Source: an archaeon
Lineage (GTDB): Archaea; Iainarchaeota; Iainarchaeia; Iainarchaeales; 1-14-0-10-31-34
NCBI GenBank assembly: GCA_043819075.1
Contig: JBDRFE010000026.1
Span: 1-43,946 of the forward strand
DNA length: 43,946 bases
Direction: 5' to 3'
The notes below the pieces were generated by a model. It was given only the letters and a program-made list of their open reading frames with translations. It did no database searches and was not told the DNA's origin. The first letter of the stretch is position 1. Each line of letters begins with the position of its first letter. The position numbers were made by a program, and so were the translations under genes. Below, piece after piece: positions 29,130 through 38,638 of this stretch.

Positions 29130-30332
29130 ATGGATTTCAATGAAGAATTTGACGTAATTATTGCAGGCGGAGGCCCAGCAGGATTAAGGGCTGCAATAAA
29201 GTGCGCTGAAAAAAAACTGAAAACAGTTTTGTTTGAAAAAGACCAGGAAATCGGTTCTCCGGTTAGATGCGGCGAAGGGCTAGGAATAGGCTGGTTTAAC
29301 AGATTAGGCATTGAACCAAAACCAGAGTTTGCTGTTCACCCGATTAATGGTGCAGTATTATATGCCCCTTCAGGAAAACAATTAGTTGTAAGGTTTGACA
29401 AAATTTCAGGATATATTATTGAGAGAAGGATTTTTGAAAAACATTTAGCAAGAGAAGCTTCTTCAAAGGGCGCAAGAATTATTGCAAAAGCAACTGTAAC
29501 CGATGTATTAAAAGAAAACAATAAAGTAACTGGAGTAAAAGTTTTAATTGACGGAAAAGAAATTGAAGTAAAATCAAAGGTTGTTGTTGCAGCTGACGGC
29601 GTTGAATCAGTTGTTGCAAGAAAAGCCGGCTTAAACACTGTTAACAGTCTTTATCACGTTGATTCAGGATATCAGTATGAAATGGCTGGAGTAAAATTCG
29701 AGCACCCTGATTTAATTTCATTGTTTTTTTCAAACAAATATGCGCCCAGGGGTTACGCCTGGCTGTTTCCAAAAGGAAACGATTACGCTAATGTCGGAGT
29801 CGGGATTTTAGGCTCTGACATTAAGACAGCAAAAAAGTATTTGGATGAATGGCTTGAAACCCAGCCAGGGCTGAAAAACGGAAGCAGGATAGTGGTTAAT
29901 GCAGGCTGTATTCCAGTCGGCGGCTTTTTAGAAAAAATGACTTTAAACGGTTTTATTGCAGTAGGAGACGCAGCCCACCAAGTAAACCCGATTCATGGAG
30001 GCGGTATGGGGATTGCAATGGAGGCAGCAGATATTGCAGCAGAAGTCATTTCAGAGGCAAAACAAAAAAACGATTTCTCTGATACAATGCTTTCAGCTTA
30101 CACTACAAGATGGTATGAAAAAAGAGGCAATTCATTGAAAGGAGTTTTAAAGAAGAGAAAAATGCTTGAATCTGTTTCAGACAAAGACTTTGAAGTGTTA
30201 GTTAATTCTTTGACTGGAGAAGATGTGTTAAAAGTAATGCACGGCGACATGCTTGAGTCAGCTAAAGTGTTAACCAAAAAACTCGTAAAAAACCCAAAGC
30301 TTGCACTAGTTTTGGTCAAATACCTTACTTAA
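29130..30332 (+). CDS. Geranylgeranyl reductase (digeranylgeranylglycerophospholipid reductase family)
   Basis: GGGPAG FAD motif, RCGEG, AADG, PRGYAWLFPK, VGDAAHQVNPIHGGG. Preceded by a ferredoxin. Confidence 0.93.
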   Translation: MDFNEEFDVIIAGGGPAGLRAAIKCAEKKLKTVLFEKDQEIGSPVRCGEGLGIGWFNRLGIEPKPEFAVHPINGAVLYAPSGKQLVVRFDKISGYIIERRIFEKHLAREASSKGARIIAKATVTDVLKENNKVTGVKVLIDGKEIEVKSKVVVAADGVESVVARKAGLNTVNSLYHVDSGYQYEMAGVKFEHPDLISLFFSNKYAPRGYAWLFPKGNDYANVGVGILGSDIKTAKKYLDEWLETQPGLKNGSRIVVNAGCIPVGGFLEKMTLNGFIAVGDAAHQVNPIHGGGMGIAMEAADIAAEVISEAKQKNDFSDTMLSAYTTRWYEKRGNSLKGVLKKRKMLESVSDKDFEVLVNSLTGEDVLKVMHGDMLESAKVLTKKLVKNPKLALVLVKYLT

Positions 30333-30337
30333 TAAGA

Positions 30338-30880
30338 TTATTTTAATTCGTTTAATATTTCTTCTGAGGTTGCCGGGCTTGCATTGTATATTACTATTTT
30401 TTCAAGTTTTCCATTCAATGAAACAATTTCAGTGTTTAGATTGCCTTTGAATTTATTGAAATTTTTAAGCGTTTCTTCGCCTTTAGCTGTCTTGATTGTT
30501 ATTGCATCAGAGTTCATTGAAGTTATTGTTGCTTCTGTTCCAAACCAATTTATCCTCACGTTTTTTGCGCTGAATTCCATTGCAGGCTTAAAGCTTAATT
30601 CATACCTGAACTCATACTGAAGAAAAGTTTTTTTCGGATTCAAAAAGTTTTCAGTGGCAGAAAAATAATAAGTTGTTCCGTTTGTTGTGTAAGCGCTTTT
30701 TGTTTCATTAACAAACTGCCTGCTGTTTTTCAGCGAGTTTTCGAATGACTGTGAGACTGCTTGCTGGCTGTCAAGCGAAATATTTATTGCCCCTCCAGTC
30801 GGCTGGGGTTCTGAATTCAGCACGCAACCGGATAAAATAAAAGCAGAAAAAATCAGGGTTAATACAATACTTTTTTTCAT
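30338..30880 (-). CDS. Hypothetical lipoprotein
   Basis: MKKSIVLTLIFSAFILSG|C lipobox signal. Confidence 0.75.
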   Translation of the reverse strand: MKKSIVLTLIFSAFILSGCVLNSEPQPTGGAINISLDSQQAVSQSFENSLKNSRQFVNETKSAYTTNGTTYYFSATENFLNPKKTFLQYEFRYELSFKPAMEFSAKNVRINWFGTEATITSMNSDAITIKTAKGEETLKNFNKFKGNLNTEIVSLNGKLEKIVIYNASPATSEEILNELK

Positions 30881-30912
30881 CAAGCCACCTGTTTTGCAGA
30901 AAAAACTATTTT

Positions 30913-30934
30913 CCGTTATATATACTTGTTTTTG
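30913..30934 (-). promoter_or_regulatory. Putative BRE/TATA promoter of the lipoprotein gene (CAAAAACAAG-TATATATAA)
   Basis: A-rich BRE plus TATA box about 35 nt upstream of the start. A closely similar motif recurs at 32471-32490 and 32572-32595. Confidence 0.5.
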
Positions 30935-31006
30935 TGCTTTTTATATTTATTGTTTTGTTTTTAAAGTTATTTTAATCCAATATTAAAATATTAAAAGGTT
31001 TTTTTT

Positions 31007-32125
31007 ATGAAGCTCTTAGACTTGTCTTTAACTTGCCTGCTGCAGGAAATAAAGCCTTTAATTGAAGGCTCTTATATCAATAAAGTGCAGGAAATTTCTT
31101 CAGACAAGTTCAAGTTAAAGTTAAGGACAAACGAAGGCACAAAAAACCTTTTTTTGTTTCCTAATGCAGTCTTTTTTTCTGATTACAAGATTGAAGCAAA
31201 AAAACAGACTTCAGGTTTTGGTGCTTTCCTGAGGAAAAGAATTGAAGGAAAAAAAATTCTTTCGGTGAAACAGCATAAAACTGACAGAATCCTTGAAATT
31301 GAACTGCAGGATTATTTTCTTTTCATTGAATTGTTTTTGAACGGCAATATTATTCTGGCAGACAAAAACCTTGAAATAATTTCTGCTTTAAGAAAAGAGG
31401 AAACAAAGAACAGGAAGATTTCAAAAAAAGAAAAATATTTTTTTCCTGAATCAGGCAAGCTTGACCCGGTTGAAATGCAGTTTAACGAGTTTAATGCAAA
31501 ATTCGCTGAACTTTTCATGGAAAAAAACAATGCCCTGCATTCAATTGCCTCTGCGGTTGATATTGCCCCGATTTTTTTAGAGGAAATTTTTTTCAGGCTC
31601 AAGCTAAGCAAAGAAAAACTGGCTGAAAAAGAATTAAAAAATTTTTTTGATGAAATAAAAAAAATGTATTCCTTCAAAGAAAAGCCTTTTCCTGTTGTAA
31701 TCCAAAAAGGAACTGAAAAAACAATTCTTCCTTTCAGGCCTGCTTCAATAAAAGATTTTGCTGAAGTGCCTTCAGTTAATTCTGCTTTAGATGACTTTTA
31801 TTCAAAAGAGTTTTTTTCAGAAAAACAGCCTGAAACAAAACCAAAAAAGCTTATTGCATTAGAGCACAGCTTCAGCCAGCAGCTCGGCTCAGAAAAACTG
31901 CTTTTGGATTCAGCTGAAGAAAACAGGAAAAAAGGAGAACTGATTTATGCAAATAACTTAATCCTGCAGGAAATAATTGATTCAATGAAAAAAGGCTTCA
32001 GCAAAGGATTAAAGGAAAAGGAAATAACTGAAAAAATTAATGCGTTCCTTAAGGAAAACAATAAAAGAATAGAAGTAATTTCTTTGAGCAAGAACAAACT
32101 GCTGTTGAATTTCAGGGAAAATTAA
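31007..32125 (+). CDS. Rqc2/RqcH (NFACT-N, FbpA-like) ribosome quality control protein, C-terminally short
   Basis: GSYINKVQ, FGAFLRKRIEG, TDRIL, IELFLNGNIILAD, NSALDDFY, GELIY. Only 372 aa, with no NFACT-R domain visible. Confidence 0.85.
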   Translation: MKLLDLSLTCLLQEIKPLIEGSYINKVQEISSDKFKLKLRTNEGTKNLFLFPNAVFFSDYKIEAKKQTSGFGAFLRKRIEGKKILSVKQHKTDRILEIELQDYFLFIELFLNGNIILADKNLEIISALRKEETKNRKISKKEKYFFPESGKLDPVEMQFNEFNAKFAELFMEKNNALHSIASAVDIAPIFLEEIFFRLKLSKEKLAEKELKNFFDEIKKMYSFKEKPFPVVIQKGTEKTILPFRPASIKDFAEVPSVNSALDDFYSKEFFSEKQPETKPKKLIALEHSFSQQLGSEKLLLDSAEENRKKGELIYANNLILQEIIDSMKKGFSKGLKEKEITEKINAFLKENNKRIEVISLSKNKLLLNFREN

Positions 32126-32127
32126 AT

Positions 32128-32397
32128 TCAATCGTTTTCGATTATTTTTAATTCCCTTTCATCAACAATAAAGACGTCGCTCACTGCGGTAACCGCAGAG
32201 TAAGGGATGTTAATGATTCTGTCTTTTGCGCCGATTCTTCTCATGATTTTGCTGTCTCTGTCGACTTCCACAAGCAGTGTTTCTATTTCACCTGTGACTT
32301 CGTTGACCATTAAATCAGTTAATTTCCCTACTTCGTCGCCTCTGTTTGTAATAACTCTTTTAGTGGCTAATTGCCTTGCAACAGTGTATTTGTACAT
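32128..32397 (-). CDS. PRC-barrel domain protein (CdpB-like)
   Basis: KRVITNRGDEVGKLTDLMVNEVTGEI...IPYSAVTAVSDVFIVD PRC-barrel pattern. ATG 32397 preferred. Confidence 0.88.
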   Translation of the reverse strand: MYKYTVARQLATKRVITNRGDEVGKLTDLMVNEVTGEIETLLVEVDRDSKIMRRIGAKDRIINIPYSAVTAVSDVFIVDERELKIIEND

Positions 32398-32470
32398 TTT
32401 CACAACCTTCAAATGATTATTATAATTTATAAAGGCTTAACCTCTTTATAAATCTTGCGTTAAAACCCCT

Positions 32471-32595
32471 CAAAAACCAACTATACATAAATTCTTTTTA
32501 AATATAAGGCAGAAAAACCTTTTTTCCCGTGAATTCAAAAAAATAGTGCGGGTTTTCCCAACACCAAAACACCGTTATGTATACTTGTGTTTTTG
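32471..32595. repeat. Imperfect 20/21-bp inverted repeat bracketing an 84-bp spacer
   Basis: CAAAAAC-CAACTATACATAA (32471-32490) versus TTATGTATACTTGTGTTTTTG (32575-32595): one gap, one mismatch. Confidence 0.6.
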
Positions 32596-32676
32596 TCTGC
32601 TTTTATGGTGTTTTTTTGCTGTTTTAAGCTGTTTTCCAATACCTTTTTTAATTCCTTTAACGTATTTTTTTGTGTT

Positions 32677-32928
32677 ATGCAAAAAGATCAGCTTAAAAGA
32701 AATTCAAAATCTCTTGTTTCAGGTAAAATCCTGGTTGTTTTTGTAGTTGGCTTAATCCTTGGCGTTTTAATCCAATTTTTTTTAATTCAGCCTTTAATGG
32801 ATAACTCTGATTCTTTTAAGACAAAATATGCTGCCTGCGAGTCAAGCAGGGAAATCTGCGACAAAGAAGTAAAAACTTTTTTTTCCTGCATGCAGGAACA
32901 AGGCTTAGACCCTAATTCCTGCACTTAA
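32677..32928 (+). CDS. Small single-TM hypothetical protein with four C-terminal Cys
   Basis: MQKDQLK... basic N-terminus, one TM helix, short Cys-bearing ectodomain. ATG 32677 preferred over the track start. Confidence 0.65.
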   Translation: MQKDQLKRNSKSLVSGKILVVFVVGLILGVLIQFFLIQPLMDNSDSFKTKYAACESSREICDKEVKTFFSCMQEQGLDPNSCT

Positions 32929-33518
32929 GTTTCTTCTGTTTTTCCTTCAGGCTTTTTTTCCTTAAAAATTTGTGCCCGAAACTTAAAAATTTTGCAGTCT
33001 TCTTTTTTCCATGCTTCTTTTTCTAATCCTGCTTTAATGCATGTTTCTTCAAGGAATTGAATTGAATTCCAGTTCCACGCTAATGCGACTTGAGGTAATA
33101 ACAAACCTGAAAACCTGTTCATTTTCACTATTAAGCCGTCTTCTCCTGCCCTTATTTTTTTTGGAATCAGTTCTTTTTTTTCTTTTATTTCTTCCGGAAC
33201 AGTTAAAACAGAAATCTCTAAAACCACTTTTTCAAGTTCCCCTGCTTCAAGTTCCTTGAACCTCGGGTCATTGAATGCAGCTGAAACAGCTGCGTCAATC
33301 ACTGCATTCCATAAAGGCATTACAGGATTTGGAAATCCAATACAGCCTCTCAGTTCTTTTGAAGGAAATTCATGCAGTGAAACAAACACTCCTTGCTTTT
33401 CAGAAAACTTTTCCGGCGCAATTTCCTGCATTGTTCTCCCTGAAACAAGAAAATATTTTATGCTTTTCCTTGCAAGCTTAATCAATTGCTCTGCTTCTTT
33501 CAGTGAAAGCTTTTCCAT
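32925..33518 (-). CDS. AMMECR1-domain protein (AmmeMemoRadiSam protein A family)
   Basis: GVFVSL, LRGCIG, AAFNDPRF, EISVLT, GLLLPQVA, CIKAGL. Confidence 0.95.
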   Translation of the reverse strand: MEKLSLKEAEQLIKLARKSIKYFLVSGRTMQEIAPEKFSEKQGVFVSLHEFPSKELRGCIGFPNPVMPLWNAVIDAAVSAAFNDPRFKELEAGELEKVVLEISVLTVPEEIKEKKELIPKKIRAGEDGLIVKMNRFSGLLLPQVALAWNWNSIQFLEETCIKAGLEKEAWKKEDCKIFKFRAQIFKEKKPEGKTEET

Positions 33519-33609
33519 GCAAGAATTATGCATTAACTTTTTTTAATTCTTTTTTTTCGTCAATCAACGTGGAAAATCCTTTTTATTTTTTTTCCAAGTG
33601 AATTCAGGC

Positions 33610-36600
33610 ATGAAAGCCAGATTTCTTGCATTTTTTCTTGCAATTGTTTTTCTTTCAGGTTGTGTCTCCCAAGAAGAATTGTTCAAAAACAGGACAGCAT
33701 GCATTTCTTTAACAGCTTATTCTTTTCAGGAAATCCCTGAATGCTCTTCACAAGAAGAGTGCTTTAAGAAAGTCGAGGAAAACCTGTTTAATTTTTCTGA
33801 AAACTCTTTTTCAGGGAGTTCTGCTATTGCACTTGCCTCTTACAAGAATAATCTTGCTTCTTCCTGGCTTTACTTCAATAAATCCCTTGTTCTTGCAAAA
33901 GAAATAAACAAGGCCTGCGAAACAGGCAATTTTTCTTTGCTTCCGGAAAAAACAAACGATTTTGGCTTTCACCTGCAGAAAGCATTTGATTTTGCAGACA
34001 AGGCAGCTCTTGACAGTTTTTCTTTTATTCTCTTAGAAAAAGAATTTCTTGAAGAACAAGGCATTCAGCTTATGCCTGAAGAAAAGCTGTTTGATGACTT
34101 TATTTTGTTTAACCAGAACCTCAACGAGCTTTCTGTCCCAGAAACAACCAAAAATTCTTCTTCTTATGTTTCTCTTTATTTCAGTACTTCACAGGAATTC
34201 AATGAATTTTCTTCCAAGGCAGGCTTTTATTCCCTTTACCTTAATGAGTTTTCTTCAACTGATTTAGTCGGGTTTTACAGCAAAGACTTGTTGAACCTTG
34301 TTAAGTCAAAAAAATTTTATGTTCCTTTGCTAAAAAAAACTGTTTCTTCTCTTGTATCCTTTTTTTCTTCTTATAATAACCTTAATGAAGCTGTTGGCTT
34401 GCTTGAAAAAATGCCGTCAAACGAGCTTTTTTCGTTGCTGGGAAATTTTGTTTCATCAGAGAATTCTGTTGCTCATTCTTTTTCTGAACTGGTTTCAAAC
34501 ACTGCCTTGCATAAAAATTCGCTTAAGGAATCAAATGCACAGCTTTCCATGCAGATAGAGCAGAAAATAACTCAAACTTCTTTAAGGCTTGATGAACTCT
34601 CTTTTTCTTCTCTGAATGAATTTGATTCAAATGTTCTTGCTTTCTTGTTTGAAAACCTTGAAACAAATTCTGTTTCAGGCAGACAGCACGGAGTTGAGTC
34701 AGTCAAAGGATTTGTTTCTGATTCAAGGGAAAAACTTTTTTTCATCAAAAACAGTTTTGCTGAACTGCAGAGAAAACAGTACTTTAATGAAATTTCTTTG
34801 GGTGAAACAACTGCTTTTCTTAAAAAAATTAATTCAGAGCTTTTTTCCCTTAACTCTGATGCAGACTATTATTCCGGAAGCCTTTTTGATGAACTCACAG
34901 TTTTATGCGATGCAAAAATTTTTGTGATTAAACAGGAGCTTAATTCAGTTGATTTTTCTTCAAAGCCCTGGGAAATCCTTTCACTGGCTTCAATGGTTTC
35001 AGTCAAGATTTCTGATTACCCAAAACTTGGCAAAGAGGAAAAGCTTTTGCAGTGCAAGGAAATAATTTCTTCTTTTGAAAGCCTTTCTTTGGCATTAGCT
35101 GACAGCAACAAATTTTTTCTTGAATCAGGGAAATCCCTTGAAAGCTGTTTGGCTGAGCTTGAAGCCATTTTTAATTCAAAAAATCTTCCCCTTTTCCTTG
35201 ACTCTTTTTATTCCCTTAAGTCAGTACAAGAAAAGCTTGATTCATCTTATGTTTTAAGTTCGTGTTCAGAGCTAAAGGAAAGAATAAAGGATTTCATTTA
35301 TTCAAATGACGGGGAAGTAATTGAAATTAATTCTTTGCATGCTGATTCACAAAAAACGCTGTCAAGGCTTGTTTTTTTGAACAAAACTTTTCCTGTTTTT
35401 TTTCCTTCAGCAAAAGTAAACGGCTTTAAACAGGAATTAGACAGCCAGTCAGGGCATTTTTCTTCCGGGAAACTATCAGTTGAATTTTTTGCGGATTCTT
35501 CTTCAATGCTTTCTTCAATCAAAAAACTAAATGATTCAATGCATGCTTTTTTTGTTTCTTCTTTAGAGGAATTCCTTTCAGCTAATTCTGAAACAAAACT
35601 GGTTCCTTTGGATGAAGCTGTTTTAGGGAAAGAGTTTGCTGCAAGGCAGAAAATTTTTTTCCCCAACCCCTTAAATGAACCAGTTAATGAAAGCCTTTCT
35701 TTTCTTTCCCCTGAAATTTATGGCAATCCATTGCTTTACGGCAGCTGTTTGAATGAAATCACTAAAGAAAAAAATAATTCAAGGATTTTTTTGTCCTGCC
35801 TGCCTGAAAACGGCTTTTTCATTGAATCTGATGTAAATTATTTGATTCCTTTTTCTGTTTCCTCTGAATTAATTGAATCTTCGCAGGAAAAAATTGTTTT
35901 CAGAAAACTCGTTAAAGTGAATTCACTTTTTTCTGTTTCAAGGGTTAAAGCCGTAATCCCGCTGGAATTTAATTCTGAGTATGCTTTTGCTTTTTTTGAT
36001 TCTGAAAGGATTCCTGCAGGTGTTGATTCAAAGAAAGCGGTTTTTTTCCTTAATGACTTAAAGCCTGATTCTGAAATTGAATTATTTTATTCTGTTTTTA
36101 ACCCTGTTTCTGTTGTGTTGTCAGAGAAATCAAGAACAAAATTTGATGAAAACACTTTTCTTCTTGAATTCAGCTTTTTAATAAAAAACAATCTTGCCTT
36201 GAAGTTTGATTCAATGGATTTTTTTGTTCCGCTGGATGACACTGTTTCAGTGAAAAACATTAAGCTTTTCAGCCCTGTTTCTGAAATTCCTTTAAAGAAA
36301 GTTAATGAAAAAATAGTTTTTTCTTCTTCTCTGAATGAATTTCAGGAAAAAGAATTTATTTTAAAGTTTGAGTTAACTGACTTAACAGGTTATTCAGCTG
36401 AATTAAAGCAGTCAATTCTTTCAGACCTTTCCCTGCTTTTAAATTCACAGAACAATGAAACTGCTCTTGAATCTAAAAAACTGCTTGAAGCAGTTGATTT
36501 GGTTTCAGGCCTTGCAGGATTGCTTGGATTAAGGCAGAAAACAGATGCTCTTTTGCTGAAAGAAAACAGTTCAGTTGAAACAGAATTTGCTTCAATAAAA

Positions 36601-37635
36601 AAATCAATTGAAGAAAAAATTGATTCACTTGAAAAAAGCATTGTTTTTATTGAGTCAGTTGGCTTTGTTTCCGAGGCAAACGAGCTTAAGTCAAAGCTCC
36701 TGAAAGAAAAAACTGCTTTAGCTGATGCGCTTTTTCTTTCAAAAGAAAAGTCCCTTAATTCATTGTTTTCAATTAATTCTTCTCTGGAAGAATTTTCAGA
36801 AAAAAACTTTGAGGAATTTCTTTTGGGGAAAAGGGATTTTCTCATCAAAAAAACAGCTGGATTATCAGAACAGGTTTTTCTGCTGGAAGACAGCGGGCTT
36901 TCAAGCCTGGCAGAAAAGATTTCGCTTCAGGACAACAATTTTTTTTCATTTTTTTCCGGCAAAGACTACTTTAGTGCCGGAGTCTCCCTTAAACTTATTG
37001 AAGAACAGGTCAATCTGTTTGAAACAGGATTAAAAGAAAAAATTTCTGAAAAAAAGCAGTTTTTGTTTGAAAAAGCTTTTCTGCTGGAAGAAAAAAAGAA
37101 ATCCCTTGAACTGCTTTTCGCCGAAACAGAGCATGCCTTGGCTGAAAGTGATTCATATGTTGTTCCTATTACGTCCAAGCGGCTTGATTTCCTGAAAAAT
37201 TCATTTTCTGCCGGTGAAAAAGATTTTGTTTTTGACGGCAATTCCTTGTCGGATTTGGTTTCAGCTGAAAAAAAATTAATTGCTTTTGAATCAGAATTAA
37301 ATTCAGTTGAATCAGAGCTTGGTTTTGCCTTAAGCAAAATGAAGGAAGATGCAAGAGTTTTTCTTTTGTCTGCAAAGCTTTCTGGAAACAATGATTTGTC
37401 TGTTGCAGAAAAATTGTTCAGTGAAGGAAAATACGTTGAATCAATTAATGCTTCTTTTAATGCATTTAATTCCAATAAAACAGGCTTGCTTGCATTAACT
37501 GGTTTTGAGCTGCCTTTACAGGTTTATCCTTTAATCGGCGTGATTTTTTTTATTGCTGCCAGAAAATTGTTTTGGAAGAAAAAACAGAAGCGCAAGCCAA
37601 AGAAAAAAACCCTGCTTTCTTATTCTGAAGCATAA
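33610..37635 (+). CDS. Very large surface lipoprotein with a C-terminal TM anchor
   Basis: MKARFLAFFLAIVFLSG|C lipobox, long helical regions flanking a beta-rich region, C-terminal TM plus basic tail. About 1340 aa. Confidence 0.8.
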   Translation: MKARFLAFFLAIVFLSGCVSQEELFKNRTACISLTAYSFQEIPECSSQEECFKKVEENLFNFSENSFSGSSAIALASYKNNLASSWLYFNKSLVLAKEINKACETGNFSLLPEKTNDFGFHLQKAFDFADKAALDSFSFILLEKEFLEEQGIQLMPEEKLFDDFILFNQNLNELSVPETTKNSSSYVSLYFSTSQEFNEFSSKAGFYSLYLNEFSSTDLVGFYSKDLLNLVKSKKFYVPLLKKTVSSLVSFFSSYNNLNEAVGLLEKMPSNELFSLLGNFVSSENSVAHSFSELVSNTALHKNSLKESNAQLSMQIEQKITQTSLRLDELSFSSLNEFDSNVLAFLFENLETNSVSGRQHGVESVKGFVSDSREKLFFIKNSFAELQRKQYFNEISLGETTAFLKKINSELFSLNSDADYYSGSLFDELTVLCDAKIFVIKQELNSVDFSSKPWEILSLASMVSVKISDYPKLGKEEKLLQCKEIISSFESLSLALADSNKFFLESGKSLESCLAELEAIFNSKNLPLFLDSFYSLKSVQEKLDSSYVLSSCSELKERIKDFIYSNDGEVIEINSLHADSQKTLSRLVFLNKTFPVFFPSAKVNGFKQELDSQSGHFSSGKLSVEFFADSSSMLSSIKKLNDSMHAFFVSSLEEFLSANSETKLVPLDEAVLGKEFAARQKIFFPNPLNEPVNESLSFLSPEIYGNPLLYGSCLNEITKEKNNSRIFLSCLPENGFFIESDVNYLIPFSVSSELIESSQEKIVFRKLVKVNSLFSVSRVKAVIPLEFNSEYAFAFFDSERIPAGVDSKKAVFFLNDLKPDSEIELFYSVFNPVSVVLSEKSRTKFDENTFLLEFSFLIKNNLALKFDSMDFFVPLDDTVSVKNIKLFSPVSEIPLKKVNEKIVFSSSLNEFQEKEFILKFELTDLTGYSAELKQSILSDLSLLLNSQNNETALESKKLLEAVDLVSGLAGLLGLRQKTDALLLKENSSVETEFASIKKSIEEKIDSLEKSIVFIESVGFVSEANELKSKLLKEKTALADALFLSKEKSLNSLFSINSSLEEFSEKNFEEFLLGKRDFLIKKTAGLSEQVFLLEDSGLSSLAEKISLQDNNFFSFFSGKDYFSAGVSLKLIEEQVNLFETGLKEKISEKKQFLFEKAFLLEEKKKSLELLFAETEHALAESDSYVVPITSKRLDFLKNSFSAGEKDFVFDGNSLSDLVSAEKKLIAFESELNSVESELGFALSKMKEDARVFLLSAKLSGNNDLSVAEKLFSEGKYVESINASFNAFNSNKTGLLALTGFELPLQVYPLIGVIFFIAARKLFWKKKQKRKPKKKTLLSYSEA

Positions 37636-37668
37636 ACTTTAAATAAAGCTTAAGGGTTATATTAGTGG

Positions 37669-38637
37669 ATGGCTGAAAGTAAACCAAATGAGCAGGAAAT
37701 AAATGCTTTAAAAGAAAAAATCCTTAAAGAAAAAAAAGAGCAGAAACAGGCTGAGCCAAAGAAAGCAGAGCAGAAAAATCAGGCAGAAACTAAAAAGCCC
37801 GAAGAAAAGAAAGCTGAACAGAAAAAGCCTGAATTAAAAATTCCTGAGCCAAAACAGGCTGAAAAAGCAAAACCTGTTTCAAAGCCTTCAATGTCATCAA
37901 ATTCAATTATTTTGATTGTGATTGTTTTTGCTTTACTTGTTTCTCTTGTTTTTGTCTTGACTGGCTTGGGAGACAAGCTGTTAAAACCTGAAGCTAAAGA
38001 AAAAACTTTTACCTGCCCTGACGGAACAGTTGTTTCTTCTGAAGACCAATGCCCTGATGTTGTGCCTCCAAAAAAAAAGCTTTCTTTTGATGAAAGATAT
38101 GATTTGTGTTTGAATGAAAGCAGTGTGCAGATAAAAGATGAATGCATTCAGGAACTTGCAATTGAATTCAACAAGCAAGAATTATGTGTTGAATTAGTGA
38201 ATCTTGATGAAGAAAAATGTGTTCGAGCTGTTTTAAGGGCTAATGCAGTTTTTTCGGCTGACACAGAAGAATGCAACAGCCTTATAACAAAGTTTGACAG
38301 GGTTGAATGCATTAAAGAAATTGCTTTGCTTTCTCTGGATAAAACTGTTTGTGACAAACTGTCTGATTCAACTGAAAGGAATTCCTGCCTGACAGAATTA
38401 GCAATTGAAGCAGAGGATTTAAGTGTCTGTGATTCAATTAAAACCAGTGCAATTCAAACATGTAAATTCAATACTGCTATTGCAATAGCTGATGTTTCTT
38501 CTTGCAGTATCTTCAGCCTGCCAAAAATCAGGTATGACTGCATTTCAAGGATTGCAGAAAAAACAAATAATGTTTCTTTGTGCGAGCAGATTCTTGATTC
38601 TTCAGCGAAGTCAAACTGCTTAAGCAAGTTTCCTTAA
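37669..38637 (+). CDS. Single-TM protein with a K/E/Q/P-rich cytoplasmic tail and Cys-rich extracellular repeats
   Basis: TM IILIVIVFALLVSLVFVL, TCPDG motif, then seven ~26-aa repeats with two Cys each. Confidence 0.8.
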   Translation: MAESKPNEQEINALKEKILKEKKEQKQAEPKKAEQKNQAETKKPEEKKAEQKKPELKIPEPKQAEKAKPVSKPSMSSNSIILIVIVFALLVSLVFVLTGLGDKLLKPEAKEKTFTCPDGTVVSSEDQCPDVVPPKKKLSFDERYDLCLNESSVQIKDECIQELAIEFNKQELCVELVNLDEEKCVRAVLRANAVFSADTEECNSLITKFDRVECIKEIALLSLDKTVCDKLSDSTERNSCLTELAIEAEDLSVCDSIKTSAIQTCKFNTAIAIADVSSCSIFSLPKIRYDCISRIAEKTNNVSLCEQILDSSAKSNCLSKFP

Positions 38638-38638
38638 T

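Noticed and set aside
32925..33518. AMMECR1 as a partner of the terminal radical SAM genes
   Set aside because: It lies 8.5 kb away, and those enzymes lack AmmeMemoRadiSam features and resemble YydG/EpeE instead.
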